From Basidiobolus ranarum (Eukaryota), in assembly GCA_040143965.1 (NCBI GenBank), contig JASJQH010006945.1, forward strand, positions 1 to 33,820: DNA of 33,820 nt, in the 5' to 3' direction. The notes beneath the pieces were generated by a model, which made no database searches, was not told where the DNA came from, and saw only the letters and a program-made list of their open reading frames with translations. Shown piece by piece: positions 10,992-22,746 of the stretch (its first letter is position 1; every line of letters begins with the position of its first letter). The position numbers were made by a program, and so were the translations under genes.

Positions 10992-12703
10992 ATGGAGCAG
11001 CAAGGGTTTCCTCGACTACTCTCTATATTTTATTCGGAGTTTCATCCGGTTCAGGGACCAAAAGTTCTATTCGAAGTACCCGAAGGATCCATCACTTCGA
11101 AAGAGATACAATTGATTGATTTCGATGCAATATCTGAGTTTATTATCCCCAAAGCCGCCTTATGCGGTAGAAAAGTTTCCATCACTACGTCTTCCAGTAA
11201 AGTAGTTGGATATCCTGTGAGTATTGAGGATAGAAAATACGAACGAAATGCGCTCATGTTCAATCTTTGTTTTGTATTTGATCGAGAAGCCAATACTTGT
11301 GGTTACGAACCTGTAGTTAAGAAGATGGCGGGTGTATTAAGAGCTTTAGAAGTACGTAAGAAGTTTCGTTTTCTGTTTAAAAATATATGGGGTTTTTATG
11401 AGAATTTTGACATTGATTAGGAAATTTCAATAGGTAGAGAGTGAGTTTTTACACGACCCTACGGCGAAACAAAATCTTCAGGGTATTATAGAACAACTTT
11501 TGGAAGACTTGAATAATTATTGCGAATGTCAGATACCTATCAGTAAGTGTGAAGATTACTTCTTTTCTGTTAGTAAACTTTTATTCATATTCTTTACTTT
11601 TATAGATGCAGCAAATACGATTAATCTTAAGCTTTTTCCTACCTATCCCAACCCTCCGAGTGTATCGGATTATCAGGTCCCAGTATGTACTGTCAATTTG
11701 GAAACATTGGCTGACTTGGCTTGGGATATGACAATGCAAAAGGTTTAGAAGGGTTTACTTTGTCACATCTTGACCCGTTCTAGACTGAACAAGACCGATT
11801 CTCTATTGTTAGGTGATAAAATTCATCAACGGTATCAATCATGTCAAGAAAATTGCTGAATTAGCGGATGTTGATAATGGAATGGCTAGAAAGTGCATAG
11901 AGCATCTCTTGTGAGTACTTGGTGATATTTCATTCAAAATGCGGAGGTTTAATCATTTCTTTGTAAAAGGTACTATGGCTGTATTATGATGGTGGATATA
12001 TTCCAGGTATTACTTATCATCTGGACTACTTGCGTTTCGGTTTAGCATTGCTAACTGCTCTACTAGTTCTCTAATATCTACTCCGTAAAGCCCAGCGTAC
12101 GACGACTCATCGAGTATGAGAGTTGGCAGAATGAGTGCTTATCATACGTAGTGAAGCCAGGTAAGTAATTGGAACATAACTTATTTCATTTCATCAGTAA
12201 TGCGAACAATGTTGTCAAGGTGTGAATCCCTTGCTGGAGACGATAGGTCCGCTTTTCCCTAAAATCTTCTCGCTTTATTGCTCATTGAAGCATGGACTTC
12301 CTTTGAAAGAATGGGTAATAGAGAATAAGGTTGAAGAGTTAGGAATTGATGTTAGGTGAGAGTCACGGAAATCCATGGTAGTGTTGATGCTTTCTAATAT
12401 CTTTGTTAGACGATTTATATCATTTGGTGTCATCAAAGGGTTTCTGTTCCGTGTTCACAAATACCCAGTGTTGGTTGATGATCGTCGATGTAATCTTCCC
12501 CAATCTATCCGAAGGTACGCATTTACTTGTTTTTGACCTCACTCTGGCTGACTTGATCAAGTGCTAAGATTCATTTTTGTCACCATCCCAGGTTGTTAAA
12601 CGGAAAGCATCACTATGATGAGATTTGTACTCTTTTTGGTTACAGCGTCACAGAAATGGATGGACTACTTTCTGGTTCCAATATTAAATATATTTATCGC
12701 TAA
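10992..12703 (+). CDS. NPR2: Nitrogen permease regulator 2 (GATOR1/SEACIT subunit Npr2/NPRL2), 9 exons
   Basis: Exons 10992-11351, 11434-11542, 11606-11742, 11813-11910, 11970-12006, 12067-12160, ~12220-12355, 12410-12514, 12592-12703. Motifs IFYSEFHPVQGPK, KYERNALMFN, LNNYCECQIPI, INLKLFP, WDMTMQKVIKFINGINHV, LLYYGC, DIFQFSNIY, DVRRFISFGVIKGFL.RVHKYP, GKHHYDEIC. Confidence 0.95.
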
Positions 12704-12855
12704 TATATTCATCGTTAATTGCTGGTGAATAAGCTAGGTTGTAATGGATTTACATCTATGTTTACTTCAAACCGATTTCTAACCAATGAGATCCATGAAT
12801 TCTAATAGAAATTATCGAGTAATTGAATAAACAATCCTTTACCAAATATTCCAGT

Positions 12856-14733
12856 ATGTCAACTGAACAGTTTAGAGAAGCTTTAGAAGCTTCAATAAGA
12901 AAGAAAGGTTTAGTGAATGATTTAAAGGTCTCTAAATTTCTTTCTTCTCTTTCATTCGTAATATTCAAGTTAGAAATCCATTCTAATCCAACCCTTTCTT
13001 AGGCTGAGTTAAGAGCCCGTATATTTCACCTACTCAAGGATAAGATTCCTTTAGAAAAAACTAGCACATATACTGCGTCTAGACTTATCGTTCAAGTGAT
13101 AGATAATTTGATACTAGAATATTTAGAAAAGCAACACTATGATTGTACACTATCGGTTTTTTTATCCGAGTCTGGATTAAATGAAACCCAGGTTTGTTTC
13201 CTAACCTTTGAAATATTCCGTAAATTAAAACTAAATTGGACTCAATTCATCAAACTAGCGTCTCACTACCAAAGACATGCTACATATTCTTAACCTCAAT
13301 TACAGTGAAGAACTTCGAGCTATATTGGTATTTATAAGTTTAATAAATTGGGGGAGTTTAGTTATTGTTAACACTCAAATTTGGTTTGTGAATAGAAAAA
13401 TTCTCAGGATGGTATGTATTCGCTTTAATTATTTCAAATACTCAACGTTAAGTGAAATTTGGTCGTGTAGGCTTATTGATGGCAATCTTGAGTGGAATGG
13501 CAGTGATAGACAATGATCTCTCGTTGATTGAAAATATGAAGAAAGGTAGTCTATGATAACATGAGTTTATACGTATGTCTATTAACTGGTGTCTTATCTA
13601 GATATAGATGTTAATATAGATCCTAAATACAGAAGTATTCTAGTATGTACCATTTTTATAACCTCAAGTAGTTCTCACTGAAATATACCAACTTGATAAT
13701 CACTCCTTCAAGGAACCGCCACCTACCTCGACACTTCATTTTCAAGGTAAAGTAACCGAGTATTTCAGATTTCTAGTGAAGAAACTTACCTGATGAATTA
13801 TTGAACAGTCAATAAGGACGAGTCAGATATGTCACAGTTACCTAGTGAAGTAAGCCATCAATAAGAACTTTCTTCATTAACACATCTTACCAGTCCAATT
13901 TACAAACGATCAGATTACAGAGAGAAGTCAAGAAAATCTGGAAACTGATGCGGAGACTCGAAATTTAAAGAAGTAATTAGATTTCTTGGAAGATTTTCCA
14001 GAAAACTCTATTCATTTATTAACTCAATGAACTCTCTTTAGACAACTTCTTAATATCATGCGTTTGGCTTCCAAGCAGAAAGAAGGTCTAGATACAATGC
14101 ATCATCCCCCATATCAGATCAAATTACTGAATTCATGTGCTCTTTCTATCAGAAATTAAGTCATACAAGGAGAAATTGCACAAAGTCGAGACTAAACAGG
14201 AGACAAGTGAGCTAAGGAGAAAGTACGAACAAACAGTGAAAGAAAATCGAAAATTATCAGCCAAAGTTGAAAATGAGGTAAGCTTTGAGCAATCTTCTAT
14301 ACATACCTCTTTCTTGTTTAATTAATGGACTATTTTTAGATCCATGCCAAAAGTAAACTGATCAAGGCCTTGGAAGAAGAGAAATATCAAAGCTCAACGT
14401 TGGAAAATGAGCTAAAACGAATTCAGGGAATCCTTAGTAAAACTCAAAAAGGTAGGTATTTTCAATGAATTCTTGGGTTACTCTTTTCGAAGAACTTACC
14501 TATGAAATAATTTAGTTTTAAGTCCTTTGGTGCTTGAAAATAACAGTGACCTGGACTCACTGATGGCTGAACTGAAGAACGCTAGCTTCTTTATTGACAC
14601 CGTAAGGAATCAATATATTCCTGCCTTGTAATTATCATCACAGCTCACATTTCTATTCAAGTATACAGAAAGAACTGGAACTCCTAATATCAGCCTAGTT
14701 TATGATGAATATCACGCTCCAAATGAAACGTAG
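12856..14733 (+). CDS. OFD1/FOP/FOR20(CEP20)/TON1-family TOF + LisH domain coiled-coil protein, ~14 exons (3' end uncertain: stop at 14698 or 14733)
   Basis: Exons 12856-12927, 13003-13191, 13259-13327, 13396-13411, 13471-13545, 13602-13642, 13713-13746, 13809-13849, 13914-13972, 14042-14085, 14153-14277, 14340-14451, 14516-14601, plus a last exon near 14662-14733. They splice in frame to MSTEQFREALEASIRKKGLVNDLKAELRARIFHLL...VIDNLILEYLEKQHYDCTLSVFLSESGLNETQRLTTKDMLHILNLN...GLLMAIL, then an E/K-rich coiled coil. Confidence 0.78.
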
Positions 14734-15953
14734 AAAAACCATCCTCTTATACCGACTTCAGCTCACTCTCTACTCATGGTAGTGCTGACATGATGAAAGT
14801 AAGAGGCTTGTAAATATAACAAACAATCCCAAGGACATGTCAAACAGACACAATGGAATGAAACGTTTGACCAGTCAACTGTTTGAACTGGCAAATCCTG
14901 ATCAATTAGGCTACACTTTAATAAATCATCGATATTTAAGATAATAGGCTCTCAGGTTTCTTATTATATGTTAGTAATATCTGCGACTTCTTTCATACAT
15001 ATATAAATTTGTATTGACCACTTGGTCTGTTCAAAAAAAGGTTCAACACATTATGTATGACAATCGTGGAACTTTAGATGAACAAGAGAGTCAAAGCTTC
15101 TTTTTGGAAGTAGAAGACTCGGTAGATTCTTCTCATTTACACACTACTCGTAGAAGAAAGAATACTGGACGAAGAAACGTCCCATGGCATTTGAAAATCA
15201 ATTGTTGTGCGTTATCCAAGGTACATATATAAATATAAGAAGGTTGACCTTTATGAAACCTTGAGTTAGATTGTTAGAAATCCTAAATAGAGAAAATCAC
15301 TTCACTAACAACTCATACTTTAGGTAATACTTTGTACGGTAATCCTCAGCTGGATCGGATTTATAATATGGCAACTGTTTGAAATAGAAAACGAAAAGAT
15401 GAAAGGCCTATCAAATTAAAGTCACTTTTGAATACTTCGTTATAAAGAAAAGAAACCATCTAAACAGATAATGACCAGCTGGGAAATATTTTCCAACTGT
15501 TTCACGTCACTTACATAGCACAACTAATCTGCCATTCTAGAATCATCCTTAACTTCAGGCGAATATCACATACTTTAACCAAGTTGATAATAAAACTTGA
15601 TCCGCTTAAACTTAACACACAAGTACAACTAACATCCCTTCAACACCCTGACTTCACTTCACTTCACTGTCATATCACATATAATTAGAAATGACAAAAA
15701 AAGTACTCTGTGATGTAAATACTCAATTAGGACAAAAGAGCTTTAGCTTTCAATATTAAATGTAGTTTGTCTATCAAAATAACAGAAATGGCTACATAAA
15801 ATAGAGGATACAACATGAAGTGTGAAAAGACCGAATGGTGAGAACAAGAGAGGTAAAAGAGAAATTGGATATAATTACATTTTCATTGAGAGAAAGGCCA
15901 GTTGATAAAAATTAAGAAAACGACAATGAGATGTGTTATATATGATGGTCAGT

Positions 15954-16674
15954 TTAGTTATCTTCATCGTCATCCTCCTCCTCTTCTTCATCCTCTTCTT
16001 CTTCTTCCTCCTCGTCATCTTCGTGTGTATCCTCCTCGTAGAATTGTTTAAGATACTTCTCAGCTTCTTGATACTCTTTTTTGAGTTGTTCCAATAAAGA
16101 GGTGATCTTTTCTAAAGCCTCCTCTTCAGGAATGCTCTTAGTACCGGTTTCATCTTTCTGGTTTCCATAATGTTGAATCTTCTCACATGAAACCTTGACC
16201 TTTTGAAGGCCTAAAGCAGCGGAACTACCTTTAAGAAAATGACCGAGCCGAGAAAGTGCTTCCAAATCTTTCTCACCCCTAGGTATTTAAATGAATCCAC
16301 TAGTTAGAAAAGAGGTTTGGTTTGAGGTTCAAGGAAATCAATACTGATAAAGACAAAAGACTTCAAGTTTTACGTAAGAAATACGCAAACCAAGATAGAA
16401 AGTCCAAACGAAAAATAAAAAAAAGGGATAGAACTATCAAGAAACTAACAAAGAATTATCCATATCACTAAAAGTGGTCTCGGCTTGTTCGAAATAGTTA
16501 TATACTATAGATTTGGAGAACTCATGGTCATCATCATCGTCCATCTCCAACAGTTGATCGAATGTAGCGTGATCAATAAGGTCATTTTCTTCCTGAAAAA
16601 GAAGTCAGTTATTAAGTACTTTCAAGGTTTTTGCTATATAGTATTATAGAGGTGATTACCTTTAAATCAGACAT
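15954..16674 (-). CDS. YPD1: Histidine phosphotransfer protein Ypd1/Mpr1 (HPt), 3 exons, acidic tail
   Basis: Exons 16674-16660 (MSDLK), 16592-16450 (IDHATFDQLLEMDDDDDHEFSKSIVYNYFEQAETTF), 16278-15954 (LSRLGHFLKGSSAALGL..CEKIQHYG). The phospho-His motif is canonical. Confidence 0.95.
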
Positions 16675-19600
16675 ACTGAATACTAAAGTTGAGCCAAAAA
16701 CAAGTTCAAGTTTAACCAGTGAATATCTTTTTCAATACAAGTATCACCAATTCTCTAAACATTACTATCTAGTGCTGGGGGAGGGGGGAGGGGGAACTTT
16801 TTTTTCAGTGATATTCTGGACCAAGTTAAATCTCGAAACTCATTACAATAATTACTTTAAAGTTCGCAAATCAGATAATTTCTTCGAAATAAATAACCGA
16901 TAGTTCTTTGACGAAAAGGGATATTTATGCAGTTCATCACCTCAGGCAACACAAATTCTGGCTTGATACTCCTAAGCTTCACCATTGCCGATTAGTAATC
17001 ATCTCAATTGATGACGTCATGGATTTACAACACCTAAGAACCAGTTTAAATCCAGACGACACGGGCTGTTGGAAGACCATGTAACTTCTTCATCTTCAAT
17101 ATGATAGGAAAATTCTCGGTGAAGACTTATCCAAGTATAATTTGTGATTTTACTCGCATAGACATCTTATGAATAGTAATTGATGTAAAGTACTCAGAGG
17201 TTATCATAGCGCTTCTTCATTTGTAATATTATTGACAAACTATGATAACAGCTAGTTCTATTTCTTTTAATATGGACACCTCTTGTTATGATGGGAATAT
17301 ATTCTAAATTGTGATCCAAGATAGACCCACTTTACCTAAAAATATTCATTAGATAAAATATATATTGGGCAAGGAATAAACCAATTCTAAGTGTATATCA
17401 TCATTTGTGCAGTAAGTTGTCCTACCAGAAACTTGACTTGTCAAAATGAAATTTGGTTGGAAACTGTTCTTTAGGTTTAAACAAATTGCAATATAAAAAA
17501 TAAGTACCTCAAAGCATGATTTGTTTGCAGACAAACACTAGCATGAAGAAAGCTATGACATAATATCATAATGTTATATTGTAGTATAAGGCAAAGAATA
17601 ACCATTATTATCAGTAGTGTAGTCTATAGAAGAAAAGCATTAAAACACATAGAGTTACGATGAACATGGATTCGATAATACTCGTGATCTAGCGCTCTTC
17701 CTTAACCAAATATCAGCAACTTTAAATGTCTAAAAGTGTATATTCACACTATGATATTCCGATATTATATTACCGAATTGACTTGAAGATACTACTAACT
17801 AAAACACCAAATAGCGAAATAAAAGTATGAAAGAAACCAGAATGGAAATCCACCAACTATTGGCAAGATATTGGATGTTTTTTATAGGTTGTCAATTAAC
17901 AAAATATCTCTACTTTCCACTTTAGTACCTCTATGCTAAAAACAAGCAACATAGTCATCGAATGTATTTGTGAAATTCGGCAATTTGATGACTAAAGATA
18001 TGTCAACTTGTACCAAAAATAATCAAAATAAAAACACAGTGGCCAGTGAATAACTTGAATGTAGATAAATACGTGGAGGTACATTACCTCGATTATCACC
18101 GACTGTAATACATGAGATAAGTAATGCGTTAGAGTGAATCCAAATTATGGTAACTATCTGGAGTTGAAGTTATGAGGTTATCACTACCATCCGGAGAAGT
18201 CCGACAAAAATGGAGAGAAATATAGCTTATGGCTAGTACGAAAGCTTACTTTCTCTTAGAAAACCTTACACAGATTGTATCTAATGGATGGGATTTTTTG
18301 ACCATTTAGGCAATAGCGTTGGTAGTACAGTAGCTGATTCACTAACGGACTTTCAGTCATCTAGCGAGTAGTGGGAACGGGAAAAAAATCCAAACCAGTT
18401 TTCTCGTCCTTGGCATCCACTTAGGTTGGAATGGAAACGGCACAGGTCCAACCACCGCTTGATATGGAATCACAACATCCTTGGAATTATGCGCCGCATG
18501 GAGATGCATCAATCAGATCAGAGAACTTTTCGATAATGGATTATGTATTACAAACTTTTGGATTTTCTAAAACCAGATAGTTGGACTAACCATATAATAT
18601 CACTTCATTCTCGTACGTTGGAAATTTTCCGTTTTAAAATCAATTCGTCTTGAATCTTTGATCGTGGAATGCATGGAGTGTCCAGGAATTGGGCTATCAC
18701 CGAGTATGACGTATGAAGTCCGATCCACCGCACCAATGAAAGCACTTATTTCTTGAAGATCTGGACAGAGTCATCGGGTATCTGAGATTAACCACGTGTG
18801 AGGAGCACCGAATCAGCCATAATTGGAAGGTGAGAAAATTGTAGGACGATGATCGTTCGTTTGATTCAGGTTTCATCGTTTCGTGAATCGTTCATACTCA
18901 CTCAGGGTTTTCATATGGTTTTGATATTCCTGTCCCTCTGCATCATACTCATATATATATGCATGGAATTTAGTACACGGATCATATTGATTCAAGACTA
19001 CAGTTGCCTAGTTAAGTGTAGAGATAAATTAAATGGCGCTGGTCAGATAACCTCATCACGCACGAATGGTAACGAATAATTCTTAGACAAAATCATTCTA
19101 AACACCAAGACTGACATAATCATGAAAACTGATGCCAAGTCTACTTCTAACACTAAGTTAAGGTGAGGAAAAGTCTGCGACATCAATGTAATGCCTATTC
19201 TTTTACCAGTTTTGGTCTAAATCATCAGAGGAATGACTAGAAGCAAACATATATAATGATTGGTTTGAATGGAACCTGGGAAGTCATTGGTTGAAAGGCA
19301 CCGATATTTGTGAAGCCGTGTAGATAAATTCGATAAGCCAGAGTTGGTCATGAGAGAGAACCTTACATTGGTCTGCGCGAAGATTATGTTATACTGGAAT
19401 GATGTGCCAGAGAGGTCAGAATTAGGGTTAGGATTCATTACGAATAGGGTAATCGCCTGAAAAGGGAATGATACTAGCAAATATTTTGATCATGCTATTG
19501 GCAATTGACCTATTTGTATCCAGGGCAATCGAAATGCCCTGGTCAATAGTAATGGCTTAAGTTGGAATCTTTCAGACTGCATTGTTGGCCCAATCATGAT

Positions 19601-20281
19601 CTACTCTGGTTCAAGCACTAAACGATTGGTCTCACTTGATATTTCGTACCCTAACCCTAACTGGATGTCTCCTGAACTTTCTTTTGGTAGTTCTTTTGAA
19701 TAAAGAGGTGATTGGATTGGTGGATAACTTACTACACCAGAGGCACACAAATGTACATTGCTATACCCGTGCTATCTGACATCTATTGTCCCGTGCCCTC
19801 ATCCACACTATTTTTTCATAAACTTTCATATACTCGCATACATACCATATTGATATCCAGACCCTTACCCTGGCCCGTACCGTACCCTTGTCCATGATGA
19901 TTAATACTAGCAGTAAGCTAGCATGGCAGAGAAGATTCCTAATCCAATTATTAGTGTATGGTCGTACGGCGATGATGAAAGGAAAAAAGTTCATGAGGTT
20001 CCATGATTCTAATACTGAATCTTCCATATACGTATCTTATTATGTGTCTCTACAGATTGTACTCCATGTTTTCTATCTTTTTGGACCTAACCCACCTTTA
20101 TATAAGTTCAACCATTGTTCCCTCGTCAGTAAGATATTTAGATCTCTTTGCGTTTTCTTTGGATGTCAGTTTTCTCCTTTGAATCCACTGATTTATTATA
20201 TAACTGTGATTACATTCTTTCTCTTTTGCCCAAAACCTATTTGTACCCGTTCTTTGTTATTTAACCTCTCCATCTCTTTCA

Positions 20282-21553
20282 ATGACTGTGATTGCCGTGC
20301 CTCGAAGTAATCATTTTATCAAATCGAACTTTATCCCTGGTGACCTGGGTGCTGGTGAATATGCATTAAGCGATAACAGACAACTGGATCTGAAGCCGGG
20401 AAAGCCAGTCTTACAACCGATTGATGTGATTCATCGAAGCCCAAACAACTCATCAACTTCTTCGGAAAGCTCCCCTACTTCTTCCATTAATTTGAAAAGC
20501 AAATCTTCTTTCGTCGAAAAGTTTGTATCTCCAGCCAAGAAGATCTTTAACAACCGTGACAACAACAATGGTCAAAGTAAGAATTTTACCAAAGCTAGCT
20601 CGATGAAAGTCGGGGTTGCAAGCAAAGGATTTTCTGATAGCTGTACATGCGAGCTTACCAAATATGGTCGTCTAAATGGTTCTATCCTTGGTAAAGGTGC
20701 ATGGGGGATTGTTAAAACCATCGAAAGAAGATCCGATGGTAAACTCTTTGCAGTAAAACACTTCCGTAACCGTGAATCCAGTGAAAGCCCCCGCCATTAT
20801 GTAAAAACCATTTTGGCTGAGTACACTATTGCGTCCCTGCTCCATCATCAGTACATCATTGAAACCTTAGATTTCATTGTGCAAGATGGCCGCTACTACC
20901 AAATTATGGAGTATTGTCCCACAGATCTCTTCACTGCCATCAAAACCCGCAAGGGCTCCCTTAGTCCCGAGAAGATTGATACTTGGTTTAAGCAAGTGGT
21001 TTCAGCTGTAGCCTATATGCATACAATCGGAGTGGTTCATCGTGACATCAAAGGGGAGAATGTCCTTTTGGACTCTCAAGATAACGCGAAGCTGATTGAC
21101 TTTGGCTTAGCTGATGTATATAAAACCGCCTTCGAGAGTACACCCCGACCAAGTAACGGAAAAAGTGGATCTTGTAAGTTTTATATTCCAAACATATTCG
21201 TCATATTCAGAATGGTTCACTAATTTAATGTTGTTATGTCAGTTCCTTACATAGCCCCGGAGGTTCATATTAATTCAAAGTGCTACGATGGCCGCAAGGT
21301 TGATTCTTGGTCACTTGGTATTCTTTACTTAACGATACAACTGGGAGTTTTCCCCTGGGAGAGTGCCGTTTCCTCAGATCCTAACTATGCTGGTTATATC
21401 ACACGTAAAAACTGTTTGGACCGCTCAATCATTAACAACTTGACACCCGAGAGGTGCTCACTCGTACACCGTCTCTTGGATCCTAACCCTGAACTTAGAA
21501 TAAGTGTAGAGGAGGCGTTGGAGCACGATGCTTTAAAGAATGTTGTTATTTAG
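20282..21553 (+). CDS. HAL/Npr1-family fungal Ser/Thr protein kinase, 2 exons
   Basis: Intron 21174-21242. LGKGAWG, FAVKHF, AEYTIASLLHH..IIETLD, MEYCP.DLF, HRDIKGEN, DFG, GSFPYIAPE (after splicing), DGRKVDSWSLG. S-rich N-terminus; TATATAA at ~20099. Confidence 0.92.
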
Positions 21554-22746
21554 AAAATGACCAACAATACCATACACAAATCGCAATGTATCTTTCAACT
21601 TGATGTTTTAATTTCCCTAAAATTCCTTAAGATTCCCAACCCAGTGATCCTGTAATTTACCACATCCACCACTTGTACAGCTTTGTTTAACCTCAATAAA
21701 AACGACAATATTTTCCATGAAATCTCCGGGACTCGATTGGTGTTCTGACCACCCGAAATCTTTTTTGCACGGAATAACTTTTCAATTGGGTGTTGGGTGA
21801 TTCAACGCAACTCCATCGTATCTGACCATATATACTACTAATGCTTCCTGTTGGCTGTGAGGGTGAGGGTGAAGGCGAGGGCGGTCTAGAAATCACTCAA
21901 ATTGTATTTACCATCGCTTTCCAAATACGAACCCGAGTACGAATGCTCTTTAGAAGCTATTTGGTGAGTGGCACTTTTTACTTATACAGCCATTGACATC
22001 ATGCCGTTATTCTGGTAAAAGTAATACCATTTGGTTGACTTGCTGACTTGGTGAATATTAGCCATGTCGCCGTTGTTCTATTGAGTGAGACTCTTACCTC
22101 TTATACTTTCACTTGCTCTCTCTGGATTAATATATATGAATTTGAAAATAGTTGTTAATTATCGGCGATTCTCAATTGTCGATAGATATCAATACCAATG
22201 GCTTGGTAATAATTTCTAGACATGGTTTGGGCATTTAGCAAAATACTTGTTTCTTTTGGGAAGGATGAGTAAGCAATTAGAACTGGATGGCTGAGGCTAT
22301 ATTTGTGTATTGATCAAAGAGCCTATATTGGTGGCATAGTTTAACTAGACACATTGATTGAATGACACAAAAATGAATTCCACTTACTTTGGAGAAACAC
22401 TGCCAACGCTTTACAGCGCCGTCTCATGAAACATCAGTCAACAAAGTTCCTGGTTTTTGTCAACTGATTTTAATCAATCACAGTATCAATTCTGATAAGG
22501 TTTCATCGGATTCACCATGTCAACTTGGTGCTATTAGCGACCCCATTGGTTTAGCTCAGATTTAGCGAGTCTCATTCGTTAACAAGGTGGATGGTTGTTG
22601 TGAATATCATGTTTGTTTGTTTCTCCGGAGGATGTTTCTAATTTCAAAGAGCTTGTCTGTAGCTAAAGAGCATATCTTGTTAATAATTATCTAGGGTTGT
22701 TATTCCCGACTTTTTTTTGGCCGAGTCCAAGGATAATTTGCCCTCA

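Noticed and set aside
15014-15232. 72-aa ORF as an additional exon of the OFD1-like gene
   Set aside because: The plausible last-exon frames stop by 14733, and no splice path to this ORF was found.
15546-15558. U12-type branch point TCCTTAAC followed by CAG
   Set aside because: No upstream RTATCCTT donor or host exon was found, and the branch-to-AG distance is too short.
16871-16940. Minus-strand C/D box snoRNA (GTGATGA...CTGA)
   Set aside because: No terminal stem or convincing rRNA-complementary guide; likely chance within the YPD1 promoter.
19888-20310. 140-aa ORF upstream of the kinase
   Set aside because: Spans the TATA box and pyrimidine-rich 5'UTR; low-information composition; probably spurious.
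10992-21553. Nutrient/stress signalling gene cluster (NPR2, YPD1, HAL/Npr1 kinase)
   Set aside because: Interspersed with unrelated genes; no evidence of co-regulation or conserved synteny.
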